Positions 1 to 7,126 of a DNA stretch of 12,200 bases are shown piece after piece. Both the position numbers and the translations under genes were made by a program. Below the pieces are notes generated by a model. That model did no database searches. It was given only the letters and a program-made list of their open reading frames with translations, and was not told the DNA's origin. The DNA comes from Archangiaceae bacterium (GTDB lineage Bacteria; Myxococcota; Myxococcia; Myxococcales; Myxococcaceae): the NCBI GenBank assembly GCA_043750125.1, contig JAYVCD010000080.1, forward strand, positions 1 to 12,200, read 5' to 3'. Each line of letters opens with the position of its first letter. Position 1 is the stretch's first letter.

Positions 1-152
1 GACGGAAGGCTCCGCTTGTAGAAGCCGGGGGGCAGCGGAGCGACCGGCCGGCTCTTCGGCAGCGGCGGAGGCTGCTGCTTGAGCACCGTGGCAAACGCCG
101 CCTTCGGAAGTTCGAGGTGGCGTCCCGGAAAAATCGAGCCGAGGGTCTTCAT
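1..152 (-). CDS. Possible 5' end of a hypothetical protein running off the left edge (Pro-rich N-terminus)
   Basis: The minus-strand frame from ATG at 152 reads MKTLGSIFPGRHLELPKAAFATVLKQQPPPLPKSRPVAPLPPGFYKRSLP with no stop before the edge. A sigma-54-like motif lies just upstream. The start codon is uncertain. Confidence 0.4.
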   Translation of the reverse strand, partial: MKTLGSIFPGRHLELPKAAFATVLKQQPPPLPKSRPVAPLPPGFYKRSLP

Positions 153-165
153 CCCCGAAGGAACG

Positions 166-181
166 AGCAGCGACCGTGCCA
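166..181 (-). promoter_or_regulatory. Putative sigma-54 (-24/-12) promoter
   Basis: The minus strand reads TGGCACGGTCGCTGCT. It has exact GG-N10-GC spacing and one mismatch to the TGGCACG-N4-TTGCW consensus, and it points toward the left-edge ORF. Confidence 0.55.
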
Positions 182-237
182 CCCTCAACCCTGCGGAATG
201 CGGTGCGCGGTCCGAGCATCGCCACCGCTCAAGTGGC

Positions 238-277
238 AAAATTGAAGACGGAGCAGCTCAAAAACGAGCCTTCCGTC
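238..277 (-). terminator. Putative intrinsic terminator of the 288-1328 gene
   Basis: Arms GACGGA (247-252)/TCCGTC (272-277) enclose an inner GCTC/GAGC stem. On the minus strand the hairpin is followed by TTCAATTTT, and it begins 10 nt after the stop codon. Confidence 0.45.
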
Positions 278-287
278 GATGGTTGCT

Positions 288-1328
288 TCAGTGTCGAAAG
301 CCGCCGGGTTGAACCGGAGAGACCCCGGTCAGCTCGTTGATCGCCAGGGGGCACTCGGCAATCGCGTTCGGGTCGCCGAGCAGGACCCCGCGGCTGAAGT
401 CCCGGTCTTCGAACAACAGCGCATCGCGCACTTCGACCTCGGTCACCGTTCGATTCATCTGCCAGAAGCGCCCTTTGACGATCAGCCGCTTGCCGCGGGG
501 AAGCCGTTCGATGTCCAGGTACTGCCGGGGCCGAAGTCGGGCGAAGATCCTAATCGGCACCGGCTTCTCGGCGACTTTCCGGAAGAAGTTGAGCTCGCGA
601 TCATTGGGGTCCGCAGGCACCCACTCGAGCACCGCAATGATTTCTTCCATCGCGTTGGGGTCGAACTTCGCCCCCTTCTTGGCCTTCTTCTTCTTGTTGA
701 GCCCCGCGTCGACCAGCGTCAGGCCTCCCCACGCCACCTCGCGATCGACATAGGTGTCGTGAAACGCCGCGGCCACGTCGCTGGTGACTGCACTGTTCGC
801 GGCCACCACTTCGACGATGTAGCGATCGCGCAGCGTCGGCAGCGTGAACAAGAAGCTATCGACCTGCTTGATCCCCTCGTTCATCATTCGCAGCTTGCCC
901 ACATCGATGATCTTGACCTGGGGGTTGATCGCCATCGCGAGAGCGAGCCACGCGTCGGGCAACTTTTTCTCAATCAATACCCGGCGGACCATCGCCAACA
1001 GGTACGAGGCGGCGGCGAACGACGGGGTGGACAGCTGGGTCTGAACGGCCTCGAGCAGAACCGGGTCGAGGGTGAAGTTCTCATCGCGACGATGAAAGTA
1101 GGGCCCCGTCTCGGCGAGGGCCGCGAGCAGACCTCCGATCAGCTGAATGCAGTTCGGGTCGTCGGTGCCGGCGTAGAGCGCTTTGCCCAGCTTCGTTTTT
1201 CCAAAGCGCCGATCGACGTCCTGTTCCTTGAAGATCAGCTCTTCGCTGCCTTCGCGGAAATAGACTTCTTTTTGCGCCAGCGCAGGAAAACCCACGGCCA
1301 GGCACAGGATGAAAGCGATTGGGCGCAT
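288..1328 (-). CDS. Secreted hypothetical protein (346 aa), possible C-terminal OB-fold
   Basis: This is the C-terminal part of the 288..1955 ORF. ATG at 1328 gives a Sec signal peptide (MRPIAFILCLAVGFPALA-Q), with an alternative ATG at 1346. Third positions are GC-rich. The upstream extension overlaps the DUF2171 gene antisense and is unlikely to be coding. Confidence 0.85.
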   Translation of the reverse strand: MRPIAFILCLAVGFPALAQKEVYFREGSEELIFKEQDVDRRFGKTKLGKALYAGTDDPNCIQLIGGLLAALAETGPYFHRRDENFTLDPVLLEAVQTQLSTPSFAAASYLLAMVRRVLIEKKLPDAWLALAMAINPQVKIIDVGKLRMMNEGIKQVDSFLFTLPTLRDRYIVEVVAANSAVTSDVAAAFHDTYVDREVAWGGLTLVDAGLNKKKKAKKGAKFDPNAMEEIIAVLEWVPADPNDRELNFFRKVAEKPVPIRIFARLRPRQYLDIERLPRGKRLIVKGRFWQMNRTVTEVEVRDALLFEDRDFSRGVLLGDPNAIAECPLAINELTGVSPVQPGGFRH

Positions 1329-1506
1329 CGGGTCAAAACCTAGCATCGTCCTGCTCAGCTGATTGGCTTCGAAGATGCCGCCAACGGCGACTCTCAGGAC
1401 TAAGTATTCGTCATCACCAACGTCGGGCCCTGGGGCGCCGCGTCGCGATCGAGACAACCTGCCCCACCTTTCAAAGCCGTCGAACGCGCCCGCCGAGGGA
1501 AGAGAA

Positions 1507-1522
1507 CGGCCCACGGAATGCA
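1507..1522 (+). promoter_or_regulatory. Possible sigma-54 promoter of the DUF2171 gene
   Basis: CGGCCCACGGAATGCA has GG-N10-GC spacing and ends about 47 nt upstream of ATG 1569. The match to consensus is weaker than at 166-181. Confidence 0.3.
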
Positions 1523-1568
1523 GCCCGGGGTGGTGCGACCCAACGCACAAACACACAATGGAGAAGCC

Positions 1569-1796
1569 ATGATCAACGCTGACCAGATCAAGCCTGAGAT
1601 GCCAGTCGTCTGTTCCAAGGATGGCCAGTTCGCGGTCGTCGACCACGTCGAAGGAAAGGACAGCATCAAGCTGAAGAAGGACAAGTCGGGCACCCATCAC
1701 TTCATCCCGATGAGCTGGGTAACGTCGGTGGATGGAAAGGTTCACGTCGACCGCCCGGGCGATCAGGCGATGCGCGAGTGGCGTACCCAGGCGTAA
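1569..1796 (+). CDS. DUF2171 family small protein (75 aa)
   Basis: MINADQIKPEMPVVCSKDGQFAVVDHVEG...IKLKKD..G.HHFIPMSWV..VD..VHVD fits the DUF2171 pattern. An RBS (GGAG) lies just upstream of ATG 1569. Confidence 0.88.
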   Translation: MINADQIKPEMPVVCSKDGQFAVVDHVEGKDSIKLKKDKSGTHHFIPMSWVTSVDGKVHVDRPGDQAMREWRTQA

Positions 1797-1803
1797 ACGC
1801 GGC

Positions 1804-3174
1804 TTGGCTGCACTTCTAGACGTAATCATCGTCGGGGCAGGGAGCGCTGGGCTCTCTGCCCTTCGTGCCGTGCAAACGCGTACCCCCCGTTTCGTCATCA
1901 TCAACGACGGGCCGTGGGGCACCGTTTGCGCGCGCGTGGGTTGCATGCCGTCCAAAGCGCTGATTGCCTCGGCGGCGGCATTTCACGCACGAGGTTCGCT
2001 GGACGAGTTCGGAATCCGTGGCGCGCGTCGCCTCTCGATCGACGTGAGGTCCGTGTTGCAACGGGTACGCGCTCTGCGCGACGCGTTCGTGAAGAGCAAC
2101 CTGCCCGCCACCCAAGACCTGGGCCCGCGGGCGATCAGCGGTCGTGCCCAGCTGCTGGGGCCCGACTGTGTTCGCGTCAACGGCAAAGAACTGCGCGCGC
2201 GGAAAATCATCATCGCCACCGGATCGAGCCCCATCGTCCCACCCGAGTGGAGAGCGCTTGGCCCCCGCGTCCTGACCACCGACACGCTGTTCGAGCAGAA
2301 GACGCTGCCCCGCCGCATTGCCGTCGTCGGGCAGGGCCCGCTGGGGGTAGAGCTCGCCCAGGCGTTGAGCCGCCTGGCTCTGAAGGTCGTGGCGTTCGAC
2401 ACCTTGCCCACTGTGGGAGGCCTCACCGACCCGGAAGTGAATCGACTCGCGATCCGTTGGCTGAAAGCCGAGCTGCCGATTCACCTCGGGCACGAAGCGA
2501 CGCTGCACGCGCGCGCTCAATCGCTGCAGGTTCGCGCAGGCCGCGCCGTCGCGACCGTCGACAGCGTGCTGGTCGCACTGGGCCGAAGTCCGAACATCGA
2601 AGGCCTCGGGCTCGAGACGCTCGGCGTGAAGTTGGATGAGAAGGGATTGCCGAATGTGGACCCGCGCACGATGCAGGTCGGCCGACTGCCGATATTTTTA
2701 GCGGGCGATGTCGAAAGCGCGCTTCCGCTGCTGCACGAGGCTTTGGATGAAGGGCTCATCGCGGGTCTCAACGCGACGAAGCGGCGCATCGAGCGCTTCT
2801 CCCGCCGCGTGCCGCTGACGATCGTCTTTACCGAACCCAACATCGCCCTCGTCGGTGAGCACTTCGAAGACCTCGATCGCCCGCGCATCGGCGAGGCGCG
2901 CTTCGAAGACCTGGGCCGTGCACGAATTGCGGACTGCGCGCGCGGGGTCGTTCGCATCTATGCCGATCGCAAGACAGGGCGATTGCTCGGCGCCGAGCTG
3001 TGCGCTCCTGCGGCAGAGCACTTTGCGCATCTGCTCGCGTTGGCGATCGAACGGCGCCTGACGGCGGCTCAGGTGCTGCGCATGCCCTGCTACCACCCGA
3101 CGTTCGAGGAAGGGTTGCGCGAGGCGCTTCGTCAGCTCACAGACTCAGCGAGGGCCGACGAGCTGCGCGCGTAA
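1804..3174 (+). CDS. Dihydrolipoamide dehydrogenase-family FAD-dependent pyridine nucleotide-disulfide oxidoreductase
   Basis: Motifs: FAD-binding DVIIVGAGSAG, redox disulfide CARVGCMPSK, IIIATGS, NAD-binding GQGPLG, IFLAGD, and the C-terminal HPTFEE His-Glu dyad. The probable start is TTG at 1804, 7 nt after the DUF2171 stop. Confidence 0.9.
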   Translation: MAALLDVIIVGAGSAGLSALRAVQTRTPRFVIINDGPWGTVCARVGCMPSKALIASAAAFHARGSLDEFGIRGARRLSIDVRSVLQRVRALRDAFVKSNLPATQDLGPRAISGRAQLLGPDCVRVNGKELRARKIIIATGSSPIVPPEWRALGPRVLTTDTLFEQKTLPRRIAVVGQGPLGVELAQALSRLALKVVAFDTLPTVGGLTDPEVNRLAIRWLKAELPIHLGHEATLHARAQSLQVRAGRAVATVDSVLVALGRSPNIEGLGLETLGVKLDEKGLPNVDPRTMQVGRLPIFLAGDVESALPLLHEALDEGLIAGLNATKRRIERFSRRVPLTIVFTEPNIALVGEHFEDLDRPRIGEARFEDLGRARIADCARGVVRIYADRKTGRLLGAELCAPAAEHFAHLLALAIERRLTAAQVLRMPCYHPTFEEGLREALRQLTDSARADELRA

Positions 3175-3185
3175 GAACGCTCCGC

Positions 3186-4346
3186 TCAGCGGGCGGTAGG
3201 GGTCGTCTGCGGCGGGTTGACCAACTTCAGCAGCAACGCCGGAAGCAGCGCAGCGACCGCGGCGACGGCGAAGAGCTTGTGACCTCCGAGCGCATCGAAG
3301 CCCGCTCCGGTTCCGAGGTACCCGACCAGACCTCCGATTCCGAAAGTGGCGGCGACGTACAGCGATTGTCCCGTCGCGCGAAGTGACCCGGGGGCCGCCT
3401 GGCTCATGTACGCGACCGACGCGAGGTAGAACGCGCCGAACGTCAGGCCGTGAATCGCCGACAGCGCCAGCAACCCAAAGGGCTGATCGACCAGCGCCAT
3501 TCCAAACCACCGGGCGGCGCTGGCGAGGAAGGCGGCGATCAACAGCGTGCGCGGCGCGACCCGATGCCCCCACCGCGGCCAGGTGAACATCACCCCCACT
3601 TCGGAAATCACCCCCACGCTCGCCGACGCGCTGACCACCCACGGGGGCAGGTGCAGCGCGGTGACGTGCATCGACAGGGTCCCGTTGTAGGGGGCGCAGG
3701 CGATCCAATGCAGGGCGCTGGCGGTCAGAAACACCGCTACGTCTTTTCGGCGCAGCAGGCCGAGCACTTCGGCGAACGAGGGGCGCGGGCCTTCGCCGTG
3801 GACCGCCGGCGCCTTGGCCAGCATCAGCCAGGTCCACCCCGCAGCACCGGCCATGCACAACAAGGCGGTGGTGACCGCGCGCCGGTCGATCGCGTCGACG
3901 GAAAAACCGTACCCCAGCGAGGCGAGCACGAAACCCAGCGAGCCCCAGATTCGCAGCGACGAGTACGAGCCTCCTTCTTTCTCGACGTGCCGCAGCGCGA
4001 GGGTGTCGATCATCGTCGTCATCGATGATCCGAACGCCGCGTGCAGGCACAGCGACAACAACACCATCCAGAAAGCACTGGCGAACCAGAGCGCGAAAAA
4101 GCCGAGCGTTGCGCCGAGGCTCAAGATCCCCAGCACCCGGCCCGGTCGTCCCCAGCGGTCGGCCAGCTGCCCCCAGAACGGAGGCATCACCATCGCGAAC
4201 AGCGGGCCGACTGCGAGCAGCGCTCCCACCTGGGCCCCCGAGAAATTCAGTGACCGGTAGTACTGGGGAAGGAACGGCAACGTGATCCCCACCCCCATGA
4301 ACATCAACAGATAGAAGACGGCCAGGCGGGTGTGGGTGGACGGCAT
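3186..4346 (-). CDS. MFS transporter (MFS_1-like, HcaT/nucleoside-permease/LacY-related)
   Basis: It has about 12 hydrophobic segments, the motif-A-like WGQLADRWGR, YSSLRIWGSLGF, and HGLTFG...ATGQSLY. The start is at 4346 or 4364. Confidence 0.92.
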   Translation of the reverse strand: MPSTHTRLAVFYLLMFMGVGITLPFLPQYYRSLNFSGAQVGALLAVGPLFAMVMPPFWGQLADRWGRPGRVLGILSLGATLGFFALWFASAFWMVLLSLCLHAAFGSSMTTMIDTLALRHVEKEGGSYSSLRIWGSLGFVLASLGYGFSVDAIDRRAVTTALLCMAGAAGWTWLMLAKAPAVHGEGPRPSFAEVLGLLRRKDVAVFLTASALHWIACAPYNGTLSMHVTALHLPPWVVSASASVGVISEVGVMFTWPRWGHRVAPRTLLIAAFLASAARWFGMALVDQPFGLLALSAIHGLTFGAFYLASVAYMSQAAPGSLRATGQSLYVAATFGIGGLVGYLGTGAGFDALGGHKLFAVAAVAALLPALLLKLVNPPQTTPTAR

Positions 4347-4425
4347 GAGAGGGCGGTTGCGCATCTATCATCAGCCGCCGCGGGTCGTTGACTGAGCACC
4401 GGTTTCGGTTAGGGTCCGCGCGCTC

Positions 4426-4905
4426 ATGGCAGCCGAAACCACACCCGAGATCGTGATTACCCCGGTGAAAAACGAGGGCGAGCTGATGCAGGCGCTGGCC
4501 CTTCGCGAGATCGTCTTCATCGAAGAGCAAAGCGTCCCCGAGAGCATGGAACGCGACGAAGACGATGCCACCGCGCTGCACGTGCTCGCGATGTCCGCAG
4601 GTCACGCGATCGGCACTGGCCGGCTGGTGGTGCTGGGTGCTCCGCCGAAAGGCGAGTCGGGCAAGTGGGGCCGAATCGGACGGATGGCGGTGCTGCAGGC
4701 GTACCGTCGAGCGGGGGTCGGTTCGCGGCTGCTGCAGACGCTCGAGGCCGAGGCGCGCAAGCGGGAGATCGACGGGATCATGCTTCACGCCCAGCTGTCG
4801 GCAATGGACTTCTACAAGCGCCATGGCTACTTGCCCAACGGCGCAGTTTTTGAAGAGGCGGGCATGCCCCACCTCGAGATGAAGCGTCGATTGACCGCCA
4901 ACTAA
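4426..4905 (+). CDS. GNAT family N-acetyltransferase (ElaA/YjcF-like)
   Basis: Motifs: LREIVFIEEQ, IGRMAV...YRRAGVGSRLL (acetyl-CoA motif A), LHAQ...FYKRHGY, FEEAGMPHLEM. Confidence 0.93.
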   Translation: MAAETTPEIVITPVKNEGELMQALALREIVFIEEQSVPESMERDEDDATALHVLAMSAGHAIGTGRLVVLGAPPKGESGKWGRIGRMAVLQAYRRAGVGSRLLQTLEAEARKREIDGIMLHAQLSAMDFYKRHGYLPNGAVFEEAGMPHLEMKRRLTAN

Positions 4906-4929
4906 TTTTTCGCCCCTGGAGACGTCCCC

Positions 4930-5595
4930 ATGAAGCTGTCCGAGCGCCTGAATCAGATCATCGCGTCGAAGAGCCTGCTCAACCACCCGTTCTACCAGGC
5001 GTGGACTGAAGGAAAGCTGAGCCAGGACGTGCTGCGGCGCTACGCCGGTCAGTACTGGGCCCAGGTTTCTTCCTTCCCCCGTTTCGTCTCGTCGGTGCAC
5101 AGCCACTGCCCGGAAATCAGTGCGCGCAAAGTGTTGCTCGAGAACCTGGTCGATGAAGAGCTGCACGGCACCGACCACCCCGAGCTGTGGATGCGGTTCG
5201 CCGAAGGCCTCGGCGCGACCCGTGCGGAAGTGCAGTCGCAGCAGCCACTGCCCGAGACCACCGCGATGGTCGACGGGTTCTTCGCGCTCGCCGACAGCGA
5301 TTGGACCGACGGCCTGTGCGCGCTCTACGCCTACGAGTCGCAGGTTCCCGAAGTCTCGAAGACGAAGATCGAGGGGCTGAAGAAGTTCTACGGCATCGAA
5401 GATGCCCGCTCGCTCGAGTTCTTCCAGGTTCACCAGGCCTATGACGCCGAGCACGCGCGCAAGGTCGGAGCGCTCATCGACCAGCACGCCGAACCGGCTC
5501 GCGCCGAAGCGGCGACCCAGAAGGCGGCCGACGCCCTGTGGGGGTTCCTCGACGGAATCGCCCGCGAGGCCGGCATCACCTGCCACGTGCACTGA
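4930..5595 (+). CDS. CADD-family (TenA/PqqC/heme-oxygenase-like) diiron protein, putative self-sacrificing pABA synthase
   Basis: Motifs: HPFYQAW..G.L, LLENLVDEE...H..LW, LYAYESQ.P, FF..H...D..H. Predicted metal ligands are E76, H83, E136, H168, D172 and H175. An RBS GGAG is at 4918-4921. Confidence 0.9.
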   Translation: MKLSERLNQIIASKSLLNHPFYQAWTEGKLSQDVLRRYAGQYWAQVSSFPRFVSSVHSHCPEISARKVLLENLVDEELHGTDHPELWMRFAEGLGATRAEVQSQQPLPETTAMVDGFFALADSDWTDGLCALYAYESQVPEVSKTKIEGLKKFYGIEDARSLEFFQVHQAYDAEHARKVGALIDQHAEPARAEAATQKAADALWGFLDGIAREAGITCHVH

Positions 5596-5611
5596 AGTTC
5601 CGCTCCGCCTC

Positions 5612-6808
5612 GTGGAGGTTTCGGCAATCTCGTTGGTGCTGCTCAGCATGGCCGGCGTCGGCTGGTTCGTGCTGCCGTGGGGTTTGATCGCGCTGTGGCG
5701 GGTCCGCCACGCGCCGATCTGCGACCCTCCGCGTTGGCCGTCGATCTCGGTGCTGAAGCCGCTGGCCGGGCTCGACGATCAGCTGCTCGAGAACCTCAAC
5801 AGCCATCTGGCCATCGACTACCCCGGTGACTGGAAGCTGCTGCTGGGACTTCGCAACGAGCAGGACCTCGCCTGGCCGGTTGCCCGCGCGTTCGTCGACG
5901 CCCACCCCACCCGCGCAGAGCTCCACCTTCAAGAGGGAAGTCCCGGCTTCAATCCGAAGGTAAATCAGCTGCTGACGCTGACGAAGTACGCGAAGGGCGA
6001 AGTGCTGGCGATCATCGACAGCAATGTGCGCGTGCATCCGTCGGTGTTGCGCGAGCACGCCTCGCGGTTGGCAGAACCCCACGTCGCGCTCTCGTCCAAC
6101 CTGTTCGTCGGGGTGGAAGAGGCGACCCTCGGCAGCGCGCTGGACAACATGTCGATCAACGCGTTCTGCGCTCCCAGCTCTGCGACCGCCGAGGCGCTGC
6201 TGAAGATGACCCAGTTGGTGGGGAAGTCGTTCGCGGTGAAGCGGGAAATCCTCACCGAGCTGGGCGGCTGGGACACGGTGAAGAACCTGCTCGCCGAGGA
6301 TCAACGCTTCGGCACCTTGCTGCGGCAGTCGGGACACCAGACCCGGCTGTGTCCGACCCCGGTGTGCAACGTTCAGCAGACGGCTCCGCTTGCGCACTTC
6401 TGGCAGCGCCACTCGCGGTGGTCGATGTTGCGGTTTCGTCTGTTGCCTGGAGCCTGGGCCGAGCCGCTGCAGCTGCCTTTCATCTGGGCGCTGGGAGCGG
6501 CGGTGGCCTCCCCGCGTTCGGCGTTTTTAGGCTGGTTCCTGCTCGCGACCCTCGCCCTGAGCTTCGCGTTCACTCAGCTGGCGACGAAGCTTCTTCGGGG
6601 CCAGGGGTTTGGGCTGCGCTGGGCCTGGCTGATTCCCTTTCGGGACTTCGCCTTCCTCGCCGCCTGGGCCCGGGGAATGACGATGCGCACCGTGACCTGG
6701 CGCGGAAATCGGTTCGAGGTGGTGAAGAACACCTACCTCCAGGCGGCACCGCTGACTTTGCGTCCGGCGTCGGAGGCCAAGCCGGTGGAAAAGACTGACG
6801 TTCATTGA
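5612..6808 (+). CDS. Ceramide glucosyltransferase / HpnI-like glycosyltransferase (GT21/GT2-like)
   Basis: It has an N-terminal TM helix, SISVLKPLAG, NPKVNQL, IIDSNVRV, LAED, RHSRW (Q/RxxRW), C-terminal TM helices and VTWRG. The probable start is GTG at 5612. The ORF-track extension to 5402 overlaps the CADD gene. Confidence 0.88.
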   Translation: MEVSAISLVLLSMAGVGWFVLPWGLIALWRVRHAPICDPPRWPSISVLKPLAGLDDQLLENLNSHLAIDYPGDWKLLLGLRNEQDLAWPVARAFVDAHPTRAELHLQEGSPGFNPKVNQLLTLTKYAKGEVLAIIDSNVRVHPSVLREHASRLAEPHVALSSNLFVGVEEATLGSALDNMSINAFCAPSSATAEALLKMTQLVGKSFAVKREILTELGGWDTVKNLLAEDQRFGTLLRQSGHQTRLCPTPVCNVQQTAPLAHFWQRHSRWSMLRFRLLPGAWAEPLQLPFIWALGAAVASPRSAFLGWFLLATLALSFAFTQLATKLLRGQGFGLRWAWLIPFRDFAFLAAWARGMTMRTVTWRGNRFEVVKNTYLQAAPLTLRPASEAKPVEKTDVH

Positions 6809-6915
6809 CGTTGAGATCGATGCGGCCTTCGGGACCCAAATCTCTGGACCTGCTGGTCGCGCCTGACGGGGTCTGGGAACAAGTCGCGGCAGCCCGCTTC
6901 GCCCTGGCAAGACAA
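6807..6915 (+). pseudogene. vapC: Decayed vapC (PIN toxin) remnant
   Basis: 6838-6915 encodes KSLDLLVAPDGVWEQVAAARFALARQ, against KSLDLLVAPEGAWEQVAEARFALARQ at 11573-11650, with 67/78 nt identical. Shorter collinear matches lie at 6807-6837. Confidence 0.85.
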
Positions 6916-6921
6916 AGAAAG

Positions 6922-6990
6922 TGCGATGAGCTGCCGTGTCGAGGGACTTGTCGCGATGACGAAGAGTGCGATCTCGCGAGTAAAAAGTGT
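6922..6990 (+). pseudogene. Possible remnant of a Cys-rich (myxobacterial-type) domain, in frame with the vapC remnant
   Basis: It reads CDELPCRGTCRDDEECDLASKKC, with five regularly spaced cysteines in 23 codons. Confidence 0.4.
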
Positions 6991-7126
6991 CTGCCCCGGT
7001 TGCTGCAGGACCTCAGGATCGACGGGCAACGCTGAGCCGGGTCGGAGCAGCTTGAAGCCGTCGTACTGCTGCCTCTGAACATCTGGGCGCCTCGGACCGG
7101 GAATGATCAACTAAGCTGCTCAACCC

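Noticed and set aside
279-1343. 354-aa plus-strand ORF
   Set aside because: It is the antisense shadow of the secreted protein gene, which has the signal peptide and the proper codon bias.
1329-1955. N-terminal extension of the 555-aa minus-strand ORF
   Set aside because: It overlaps the DUF2171 and oxidoreductase genes on the other strand, and the signal peptide begins at 1328.
1804-3174. Mercuric reductase MerA, or assignment of the lpdA symbol
   Set aside because: There is no C-terminal Cys-Cys or HMA domain and no mer genes. There is also no dehydrogenase-complex context to justify lpdA.
4930-5595. PqqC or thiaminase II (TenA)
   Set aside because: No pqq or thi genes are adjacent, and the complete dimetal ligand set with the CADD Tyr/Lys positions fits CADD better.
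3145-5649. 834-aa minus-strand ORF
   Set aside because: It is a shadow frame overlapping the MFS gene out of frame and GNAT/CADD antisense. It is Arg/Gly-rich with no motifs, which is typical of high-GC DNA.
6796-6812. TGACGTT direct repeat (6796-6802, 6806-6812) as a target-site duplication
   Set aside because: It is only 7 bp, the copies are adjacent rather than flanking an element, and I saw no matching copy at the far end of the accessory region.
6838-6915. The vapC repeat pair as a diversity-generating retroelement template/variable repeat
   Set aside because: The mismatches are not adenine-specific (many are G/C or C/T at third codon positions), and no reverse transcriptase is in the window.
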